Below, in pieces: positions 1 through 8,600 of a DNA stretch of 64,000 bases (positions are counted from its first letter, which is position 1; each line of letters starts with the position of its first letter). This DNA comes from Vulcanimicrobiota bacterium (GTDB lineage: Bacteria > Vulcanimicrobiota > Xenobia > Xenobiales > JADMJV01): NCBI GenBank assembly GCA_050250895.1, contig JBFWNU010000003.1, forward strand, positions 491,302-555,301, written 5' to 3'. The notes beneath the pieces were generated by a model that did no database searches, was not told the DNA's origin, and saw only the letters and a list, made by a program, of their open reading frames with translations. The translations under genes and the position numbers were made by a program.

Positions 1-83
1 TCTGGCAGCTGAGCCGAAAAGAACGACCAGCGATAGGCCGTGTCGCTCGGCCGAACCGCGGAGCTGCGTGGGATCGAGGGTCT

Positions 84-1763
84 TCACGCCCCGCTCAGGT
101 CGACCGACTCGGCGGTGGTGCCGCCAGCGGCATAGGCGTCCATGGCTTGATCGAGGCGTTTGACCTGCCACATCTTCTGGCTGCCGTTGTAATAGAGCTG
201 TTTGCCGCGCGACATCAGGGCGGGATTGTTCTCGGTGGCGGCCATCCGCATGTGGTCGATGCCCTCGCGGCATTCTTCCAGACCGGCCCGCAACAGGTCG
301 AGGGCGTCCTCGGCAATGGCCGCGAAGTCTTCGGCGGCGGCCAGATCGTCGGGAGGACCTTCGTCGGGCACTTCGGGGGGCATCATCGGGTCGAGCTTGG
401 CCTGGGCCTTCTCGATGTCGGCCTCGCGCCGGTCGAGCTTGGCCAGAAAGTCGTCCTTGGCGATCTGTCCGTTCTCGAAGGCGTCACAGTCAGCAAAGAT
501 CGCCTGCATGACATCGGTCATGACCGTCTCTTGCGAGGCGCCCGGCCCAGGCTGGCCACCTTCCATCGCCGTCACCCCGGCCTCGAGTTGAGGCAGCCGT
601 CGCTGGCAACCCGAGCAGACCTTGGTGCCAGGCGGATTCTCGGTTTGGCAGTGGACGCACAAGATCTTGCCGGCCCGCTCGTTGAAGCTCTGGACGTTGA
701 GGTAGGCGCTGCCCAGTTTCTGGCCGCAGGCCTCGAGCAGAGCCAGGGTGTCGGCCACGACTTCGGGGTCCATGGCGGGATTGTCGGCATACTCGATGAG
801 AGCCAGCAAAGCGTCTTCGAGCCCCTCCATGGCTTCTTGCATCCGAGCCGATTCCTCGGTGAGAACGCCGGGGTCGAGGTCCGCCTCGAGAGCCGGTTCG
901 AGATCTTCAAGGCCTTTGCGGGTGCGCTCGAGGTGCTCTTCGGCCATCGACTTGAGCACGAACCCTTCGGTCTTGCCGTCGCGATAATCCTTGGCCACCT
1001 TGAGCAACCAGTTGATGGCCGGAGCCTCGGTGGGACCTTCGGTGAACACGTGGCGATGATAGGTCTCGAAGGAGGCCTCGAGATCGAGGTGAGCGGCACT
1101 GAGCGCGTCGATCAGCGTCGAGAAGCGATCGTTGGGCGTTTTGGCGTCGAGCTTCTTGAGGTCTTGAATCAGCTCGACGATGCGCTTGAAGGCGGTCTGG
1201 CGCTCGGCTACCCCGGGTTTGGTCCTGGCCTCGCTGTTCTCGACTTCTTCGAGGGCCTTCTGATAGAAGTCGATGTAAGCCTGGCAATGGTCATGCCACA
1301 ACTGCAGGGGAGCCTGACCCATTCTCAGCCCGGCGGCCAGGTTGTGGAACAGGTTGATCAGAGGGAACTTGCTGGGCCCGGTCGAGAGATACTTCTCTTC
1401 GTAGCGGGCCTGCGAGATCCGCAAGCGGTGCGAGGCCTCGGCGATGGCCTCGGCGCCTCGGTAAAAGGCGGCGGTGTCTTCTCCTTCGAGGGCGGCCACG
1501 ATCTGGTCGAGGGCTTCCTCATAGGCTTTGAATTGAACGCCGATTTCGTCGAGTTCGGCCTGATAGGTGTTGTAGAACTCTTCGCCCTGGGCCTCGACCT
1601 CGCCGAAGAAGGTGTCGTGGGCCGTGTTCATGGCGACGTGGCGCTGCCCCACGACGGTGGCCAGTTGCTCAATGGCGCTCTCGTCACCATCGGAGATGGC
1701 CAGACAGAGATCGATGATTTCTTGAGTTTCGGGAGAACTCGAAATCGGCTTAGTCTGGGACAC
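84..1763 (-). CDS. Acidic helical protein with internal zinc-ribbon (CxxC-x10-CxxC)
   Basis: 559-aa ORF with CVHCQTENPPGTKVCSGC motif; start overlaps the GNAT 3' end; paralogous motif at 61366-61938. Confidence 0.8.
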   Translation of the reverse strand: MSQTKPISSSPETQEIIDLCLAISDGDESAIEQLATVVGQRHVAMNTAHDTFFGEVEAQGEEFYNTYQAELDEIGVQFKAYEEALDQIVAALEGEDTAAFYRGAEAIAEASHRLRISQARYEEKYLSTGPSKFPLINLFHNLAAGLRMGQAPLQLWHDHCQAYIDFYQKALEEVENSEARTKPGVAERQTAFKRIVELIQDLKKLDAKTPNDRFSTLIDALSAAHLDLEASFETYHRHVFTEGPTEAPAINWLLKVAKDYRDGKTEGFVLKSMAEEHLERTRKGLEDLEPALEADLDPGVLTEESARMQEAMEGLEDALLALIEYADNPAMDPEVVADTLALLEACGQKLGSAYLNVQSFNERAGKILCVHCQTENPPGTKVCSGCQRRLPQLEAGVTAMEGGQPGPGASQETVMTDVMQAIFADCDAFENGQIAKDDFLAKLDRREADIEKAQAKLDPMMPPEVPDEGPPDDLAAAEDFAAIAEDALDLLRAGLEECREGIDHMRMAATENNPALMSRGKQLYYNGSQKMWQVKRLDQAMDAYAAGGTTAESVDLSGA

Positions 1764-2334
1764 GGGATGCTTTCCTCCTATGGTGTTGTCTCATCACTCG
1801 GGCAGTGGCGTGCCCCCTTTGCTCGGGCGGTCGACCGGGCATCGTCGTGGGCCCCTCGGGGCCGCAGGCCATCGTGATGTGATAGCGTTCGACTTCAAAT
1901 CCCTGGTGCAGGGCGGCCATCAACGCCCTATCGTTGCTGGCGGTGATGCGTCCAGTCATGTAACGGCAACCGCGTTGATGGGTGATGCGGGCCGCCTCCT
2001 TGACCAGGAGGCGGTCCACCAGCTTGCCCAGGTGGCTGGGAGCCACGGCCATATTGTAGATATGGGTCTGGCGCTCGCCGGTGGTCTCTTCGACGTGGCG
2101 CAACTCGAGAATCAAAAACCCGATCGGCTCCTTCTCGTCGACGGCCACCAACATGGCCACTTCGCGCCGGTTGTGAAGCATCTCGTCGAGATCGCCCAGG
2201 TGTTGTTCGGCGGCCTGGCGGACCACTTCGTTGGGTATGTCGCGGCCTTCCGGGATGCCCTGGTCGAGGGTGTCCAGGGTTAGCTGCCGGATGAAGGGCA
2301 GGTCACTCGCTCTGGCTCGTCTTACTTCCATCAC
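1750..2334 (-). CDS. GNAT family N-acyltransferase
   Basis: N-terminal VRRARASDL, HIYNMAVAPSHLGKLV motif A, ITASNDRA...GF motif B. Confidence 0.85.
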   Translation of the reverse strand: MMEVRRARASDLPFIRQLTLDTLDQGIPEGRDIPNEVVRQAAEQHLGDLDEMLHNRREVAMLVAVDEKEPIGFLILELRHVEETTGERQTHIYNMAVAPSHLGKLVDRLLVKEAARITHQRGCRYMTGRITASNDRALMAALHQGFEVERYHITMACGPEGPTTMPGRPPEQRGHATARVMRQHHRRKASRVPD

Positions 2335-3667
2335 GTTTGCGGTTGGTAGCCTTGAGTTTCAACACTTCGGCCTGAAGCTTCAAAGCCCTCGGTGCGGGCA
2401 CCTGTAATATGCGGGCACACTGAGCGCGGGCTTGCGAGACCTGGCCCAGAGCCAGATACAGCTGAGCCAGCTCGAGCTGAGCCAACTGGGTGTCGAGCAG
2501 GTCGGGGGCCAGGGTCACGGCTCGACGATAGCTGCGGGCAGCCCGCGAGCCCTCTCCGGCTTCCACCTGGCTGCGGGCGAGTTGCAGCCAGAGACTGGCG
2601 TCATTGCCGTCGAGGCGAATCGCTTCGATGAAGGTCTTGACCGCCGCCGTCGCCTGACCGCTAACGCGCTGGGCCAGACCGACCATCTCCAGCAGGTGGC
2701 GCCGGGTCAGTCTATCGGACTCGGTGGCTAGCAAAGCCCGCCAGTTGTCGATGGCTTTGGCATAGTCTTGGAGCCGGAAGGCCAGGTAGCCGTCGAGGTA
2801 GACAGCGGCGGTTCTGTCTTCGCTCTCGAGTCGCTCGAGCCACGAGGGACAACCCTCGAAACGTCCTCGATCCAGCCGACCGCAGACCTGGTCGATGGCC
2901 CGCTCCACCCAGCCCGGGTCGAGTTCAGCCGCTCGCTCGGCCTCGCCCCGGCGCCAGAAACCGGCGGCTCTCAGCCAGCCGGGCAGGTCTTCGTCGACTT
3001 CTCCCAGACGTGCGCTCAGAGCCTCGGCGCTTTTGCGGTCGGTGAAGGTGACCAGGGTCAGATCGCCCAGATGGCGCTGGTCGAGGGGAGTGTAGCCACC
3101 CTGAACCGAGTAGGCTACCGTCAAAGCTTGCCATTTCAAGTGGCCAAGCTGGTCGTGAAGCTGCATCGGATCTTGCCACAGGCCGTCATCGGGAGCCAGA
3201 AAGTAATCGATATCGATATCGAGCACCACTGGCCCCACCAGGTCGGGAAGGTTGTCGCTGGTGCAGACGACCAACCGCTTGCCAAGCAAATGGCCCTCGA
3301 CGCGCCCTTGCACCATGTGCAACGACAGATAGTCGCTCACGGTCGGGCGCAGCCAGTTCTGCAGCTCGTTGCCGGCCCATTCAAGCCAGTCTTGCTGGCC
3401 CACCAGATGGGGCGGGATGACCCACACCAACTCGCTCACCAGGCCCTCTTCCATGGCCGGTAGCAGAAAGTTGCCGCAGTTGACCTCGGGCTGGCGCAAC
3501 CCCGTGTAGCCAGGCACCTTGAATCCACAGGTGTCGAGGTGGGCGTCCACATGCACGCAGACGGCTTCGCGAACGCCCAGTTCCTTCCAGAAGAAGTAGG
3601 CCTCGCGATGGTCCTCCATAAGCAAAAAGGGAGCCGGAGCTCCCTTGTCGTGGTTGTGGTTGGTCAA
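2303..3667 (-). CDS. UPF0489 (PF12640) peptide-arginase-like protein with C-terminal TPRs
   Basis: EDH, HVDAHLD, NCGNFL, LDIDIDYF and S..GGYTP motifs of the arginase/deacetylase-fold family; TPR-like helices in the C-terminal third. Confidence 0.8.
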   Translation of the reverse strand: MTNHNHDKGAPAPFLLMEDHREAYFFWKELGVREAVCVHVDAHLDTCGFKVPGYTGLRQPEVNCGNFLLPAMEEGLVSELVWVIPPHLVGQQDWLEWAGNELQNWLRPTVSDYLSLHMVQGRVEGHLLGKRLVVCTSDNLPDLVGPVVLDIDIDYFLAPDDGLWQDPMQLHDQLGHLKWQALTVAYSVQGGYTPLDQRHLGDLTLVTFTDRKSAEALSARLGEVDEDLPGWLRAAGFWRRGEAERAAELDPGWVERAIDQVCGRLDRGRFEGCPSWLERLESEDRTAAVYLDGYLAFRLQDYAKAIDNWRALLATESDRLTRRHLLEMVGLAQRVSGQATAAVKTFIEAIRLDGNDASLWLQLARSQVEAGEGSRAARSYRRAVTLAPDLLDTQLAQLELAQLYLALGQVSQARAQCARILQVPAPRALKLQAEVLKLKATNRKRDGSKTSQSE

Positions 3668-3670
3668 ATT

Positions 3671-4294
3671 CTAGCAGAAGCGAGAGTGGCAGGGGCAGCA
3701 GCAGCCGTAGCGTTGCGGAGGGTAGAAGCCGGGCTGGCCGACGCCGTAGGTGCCGGGCATTCCATAGCCGCCAGGCAGGCCGAAGGGGTCGCCGCCCCAC
3801 TGTTGGCCGCCGGGCCAGCCGCCCTGGTTCCAGCCGCCGTAGTTGCCACCGGGGCCGTAGGCGATGGAGCCGTTGTTGGGGCCGAAGTCACCAGCGTTCT
3901 GCTGAGCCGCTTGCTCGGGGCCGAGGCCGAACAGGTTGCTGACGCCGTTTTCCATGGCACCGAAGATGCCTGCGCCAGCGTTGCCGATGGCCGGTCCGAA
4001 GATACCGCCAGCAATGGCGCCGAGGGGGTTGCCGCCGGTGAGCAAGAAGCCGGCTGCAGCTCCGCCGAGGACGCCGACGATGGGATCGCCGAGCACGTCT
4101 TTTACGGCGCCAAGTCCGCCTTTGAGGACCTCGCCAGCGCCCTGCAGGACGCCCTTACCGATGGTGCCGAGTCCCTGTAGAGGGTGACCAGAGAGGATCT
4201 GGCCCGCGCCTTTGACGACGCCGCCGAGAACTCTTCCTGCTCCGCGGACGACTCCGCCGATTGCTCTTCCTATGCCGCGAACAACTCCGCCCAT
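3671..4294 (-). CDS. Glycine-rich protein with Cys-rich C-terminus (putative precursor/substrate)
   Basis: AGGAGG RBS upstream; 11-aa GGVVRG repeats, glycine zipper, tail QRYGCCCPCHSRFC. Confidence 0.8.
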   Translation of the reverse strand: MGGVVRGIGRAIGGVVRGAGRVLGGVVKGAGQILSGHPLQGLGTIGKGVLQGAGEVLKGGLGAVKDVLGDPIVGVLGGAAAGFLLTGGNPLGAIAGGIFGPAIGNAGAGIFGAMENGVSNLFGLGPEQAAQQNAGDFGPNNGSIAYGPGGNYGGWNQGGWPGGQQWGGDPFGLPGGYGMPGTYGVGQPGFYPPQRYGCCCPCHSRFC

Positions 4295-4584
4295 TTTCCT
4301 AGTCCTCCTGTCCCCTCCGAAAGGGTTCTAATGTTCTTGTTGAGGTTGTTATACCGCGCTCGACCGTGAAGACAAGAGCGTTCATATTCATTTAACAAAG
4401 TTTTTTTTCTAGGGGGTTGATTCCTTTCAGGCGCGCAAACTCGCGGCCGTTGCCCGGGTGGTAGTCAACTCGGTGGTATCCCGGCTTGGCCAGGCCTTTT
4501 ACATGGTTACAAGTCGTTCACCCCCTGGTTGCCCGGCTCGGAGTAGGCTAATCGCGGTCGCCTCTCATCTCCCCTGGAGATACT

Positions 4585-5523
4585 ATGCAGAGCGTTTCGA
4601 ATCAACCCCAGAGGCATCCGTCCTCACGTACTTTCCCGCACTGGTCGCCGGATGGTAGCAAGATTTTGGTAGACATCGGCCGGCGCCCGGCCATCGTCGA
4701 TCGCGACCTGACGCATCAAACCGAACTCGGGCCGGAAGACACCTGGGTGACCTATCCCGATTGGAGTCCCGACGGAGAGCGGGTGACCTATGCCTGGCGC
4801 GGTCTGCACGGCGACCAGACCGAGCCCCATTGGGGCATCTATTCGAGCAAACCTGACGGCAGCGACGTGCAGATGATGACCAGCACCGGCTGGCGCGGCC
4901 AGTGGTCCCCCGATGGCCAGAAGCTGGCTTTTCACCTGGTCAAACAGGACGCTCCCATCCGACTCGCCGTCATGAACCGCGACGGAACCAGCGAGACCGT
5001 GTTGGCAACGGAGCCTCGCATCGGCGGCATGAGCTGGAGTCCCGACAGCAAGACCCTCGTCTACGAGAACTGGGACTTCGAGGGCGGGCAACTTTATACC
5101 ATGGACATCGAGACCCACGAGAAGACTCGACTGCTGCCCGATTCGGATGGCTCCGACAAGAGCGCCCAGTCCTCGCCGGACGGCAAGAAGGTTGTCTTTG
5201 AGCGATTCCATAGCCCTGGCCGGCGCACCGAACTGCGCGTGCTGGACCTCGAGACCGGGCAGGACCGCACCCTGGCGGCCCCCCACCGCTCCAACCACGA
5301 CGCCGCCTGGTCACCCGATGGGCAGAGGCTCGTTTTCACTTCAAATACAACCGAGGGCGATTTCAACCTCTACCTGGTCGACGCCGACGGCTCGAATTTG
5401 CAGCAACTCACCTCGACTCCCGGCGACGAGTATGCCCCGGCGTGGTCACCCGATGGTCACAGCATCGCCTTCTACCATCAAGAAGAGGGGGCCGAAAAGT
5501 CGCTGAAGGTGGTGGACCTCTAG
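4585..5523 (+). CDS. TolB-like PD40/WD40 beta-propeller protein
   Basis: Seven (W/S)SPD(G/S) repeats; GGAG RBS; no signal peptide. Confidence 0.9.
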   Translation: MQSVSNQPQRHPSSRTFPHWSPDGSKILVDIGRRPAIVDRDLTHQTELGPEDTWVTYPDWSPDGERVTYAWRGLHGDQTEPHWGIYSSKPDGSDVQMMTSTGWRGQWSPDGQKLAFHLVKQDAPIRLAVMNRDGTSETVLATEPRIGGMSWSPDSKTLVYENWDFEGGQLYTMDIETHEKTRLLPDSDGSDKSAQSSPDGKKVVFERFHSPGRRTELRVLDLETGQDRTLAAPHRSNHDAAWSPDGQRLVFTSNTTEGDFNLYLVDADGSNLQQLTSTPGDEYAPAWSPDGHSIAFYHQEEGAEKSLKVVDL

Positions 5524-5682
5524 CTTCGCGCCGCGCCGCTGGGCCGACTCAGCGAGCGTCGGCCCGGTCGCGGCTTGACGGGAGCAACGAGAACGAGCGT
5601 TCAGGAAGCCTGACTCGAGAGGCCGGCGGCGTTCTCGTCGCTCCCTGCCGGCGCTTCGCGCCGCGCCGCTGGGCCGACTCAG
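5523..5682. repeat. 30-bp direct repeat pair enclosing hairpins (REP/BIME-like) between convergent genes
   Basis: GCTTCGCGCCGCGCCGCTGGGCCGACTCAG at 5523-5552 and 5653-5682; inverted repeat 5580-5595/5630-5645. Confidence 0.75.
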
Positions 5683-8600
5683 TCCTGGATGGCGAGGCCG
5701 AAGTCGCCTACCGAGACCCAGTCTTCTTGCTGTTCCAGTTCGACTTTCTCGGGCTTGACCTGAGGGTTCTTCTTGAGCCACTGCTCGTAGTCAGCCCGCA
5801 GGCGGTGGACCTCGGCGATGGGGTCTTCCGCCCCGAGCCGGGCGGTGGGTAGGAAGAGGGCGTCTCTGCCGGCATGGGCCAGTCGGCTCAGCACCTCTCG
5901 GGCCAGGTCGGAGTCGCGATGATGCTTGAGGGCGGCGTCGCCGATGAGTAGCTCGAAGGGCATCAGTGCGGCCAGAGGGTCGCCGCAGGCGCTGGCGGCT
6001 GCTTGAAGCGGCCAGGGGCCGGCGTGCTTGGCCCGCGTCGTTTGCAACCAGTCGGCTAGCTGGACGCAGGACTGGGAGTCGAGGGTTCGCAGTTCGGCCT
6101 CGACCGCTTCGTAGACCGGCTCGTGCAGGCTCTGGTCGAGATAAGACAGGGCACCCAGCCCGGCCTGAAGCAAGAGGCTGGCGGGCGGTATCTCTTGCTT
6201 GAACCGAGTAAGCTGACCGGAGATGCCCATCACGGCTGCGGCCAGCCTGTCGTCGGGCAGCTGACTGGCGGCCAGCCGGTGGAGGAGCCCTCCCAGGGGG
6301 CCGGGCAGGCCTGCCGCGGTGGCTTTGGTGACCGGTCGGGGTTGGAGCTGCACCAGGTTCGAGGCGGCTCGCAGCAGGTGGGGGCTCGGGGCGGGCTGGC
6401 TCGGCTCGTTATAGGCGGCCAGGGCGCTCTGCAGGTTGGCCGCCGGCAGGGGTGACGTGTCGAACAACTCGAGCAGGTGGACCAGCGGCTCTTCCTGGCC
6501 CGGGGCCAGGCTGGCCAGGCCCGACCGGAGTGCGCTGGCCGGAGCCAAGGTCAGCATTTGCTGGCACAGTTTCAACCCGACCGGTAGCCGGCCTTGCTCG
6601 GGCTCGGGCCTGACCCAGCGCATGGCCGAGAAGGCGGCCCGAAGTTCGGTCGTGTTCGAGGGGTCGAGAGCCCGCAAGAAGCGCACCACCTGGGCCGCGT
6701 CCGGGTCGGCCGGGTCTTGAGCCGGCAGGAAACGCTCTAACATCGCTTGAGCCTGTTCGGGGCTGAAAGCGTCTTGACTGGCCGCCGAACAAAGGGCCAG
6801 CGAGGCCGGCAGGCCGGCAAACTTCTGACGGACCTCCCAGAAGGCGAGGGCCTGGGTGACGCGCTGCGCGGCGGTGGTCTCGTCGAGCTGAAGCTGGAAC
6901 TCGAGGAAGTCGGCCAGGGCCAGGCTGTCGGGGCCGTCGCTGTGGCTGCGCAGGCTGGCGACAGCCCCCTCGATGGCGGCGTTCTTGTTGGGCCCCGGCG
7001 TATAACCCAGGCTCTCGCGTAGCAGCGCGGCCGCGGCCGGCAAAGGGTCGTTGGCCGCCAATGTGTAGACGGCGCGTTGAAATGCCGCCGTGCGATAATC
7101 GCCGTCGGCGGCCGGCAAGGCCGAGAGGTGTCGAAGGAATTCGACCCCCTGGGCAAGCCTGGGTGAGAGGCCCTGGTCGCTCACCCGCGCCGTGACTTTG
7201 CCGACCCACTCCGCCGGAGCCACCTGGCCGTTTCGGGTCACACCGTCCCGGGCCAACAACAGAACCGGGGGCAAAGGACTCTTCTGTTCTAGTTGCTGTT
7301 GATAGCCGGTCAGGCAAAGAGGCAAGAATTCGCTGGGGTTAGCTCCCAGTTCGGCCCAGTCTGCAATGAGGCCCAGCAGGCCCGCACTTTCTGGCCGGTC
7401 GGCCTGGGCCAGGGGAAGCGCCAGTTCGAGCACCCTGGTCTGGTTTTCGGGGGTGAGATAGCCGATTAAACGGCTGGCCGCCATTACCACCGACGAGAGA
7501 CCGTCGGGGGGAGGGGCGGCCAGGCTTTCGATGGCCGTTCGTAGACCATATTGCAGGTTGGGCTCGCTTTCGAGTCCGTCCAACTGGGCCACGGCTCCCA
7601 GAAAACGGGCCACGGGGTGGCTGTCAGGCGCTATCGGAACGGCCTGGACGTGCTTTAACGCCAGCTCGGGTGGGGCTCCGTAGACGGCGCCGTGGCAGGC
7701 CCACAGCGCCGGGGGTAGGCCGGACGGCTGCAGCTTGAGTTGGTTCCAGGAGCCAACCATGTTGGACAGCACCGAACCCAATCTCTGGGGCTCTTCGAAA
7801 TCCGTGACCTGGCTCAGATAGGCTCCCAGGGCCGCGTCCTCTGGCGAGACCGGATGAGTCCTCATCAAGGCGGCCAGCTCTCGCGCAAAGTCCCGCTGGG
7901 CGGCGGGTGGGATGTAATTCAGGCAACCGGTCGAGGCGGCCAGGGCTGGTCCCACGGTGGCGCCGTCGAGCCGAGCCAGGCCATAGTAGAGGGCGTTAAA
8001 GGCCGTATCGGGGGTCTGGCAAACCTCGACGATCTGGCCGAGCAAAGCCATCAATTGGCTTTGGGACGGATTGTCGTCGGTAGGTAGGGAGTCGATAGCT
8101 TGCTTGAGCTTGGCTCGCTCGAGCTGACCCAGGGTGGCTTTGAATACGGATGTCGCCACCGACGTGCCAGCCAATCTGCCTCGCGACGAAAAGCCGCTGA
8201 GGGCCCCACGCAGCAGGGTCTCGTGCTGACCGGGCATCGCAAACTCTAGCAGGCCGCGCAGGCTGAGCAAGAACTGCTCGATCTCGCCTTTGGGTTGTCG
8301 AGCCAGGGCGTGTTCCAGGGCCAACTGGACTACCTGGGCCTGGTCCTCGATCGGCAACTGCCTGGCCAGGCCAGCAGCCAGATGGAGCACGGCCGGCAGG
8401 CTCTGGTCGGTGGCGTAGGCCTGCTGCAGTTGAGTCAAGCCATAGTAGGCCGCCCGCCCCAAGCTGTCTCGGGCCGGCTGGGATAGAGCCAGGTTTCCCA
8501 CGGCCTTGAGGAAGTCCGCCGACGGATCGCCCTGCGAGCCCTCGACCGCTAGCGCCAGCATCTCCCCCGCGCGCTCTGGTGGTAAGGCACAAAGCGAACC

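Noticed and set aside
147-1877. Long antisense ORFs (also 11144-12115, 20030-21649, 30535-31725, 38077-39273, 48123-49514)
   Set aside because: Shadows of real genes in high-GC DNA; no motifs
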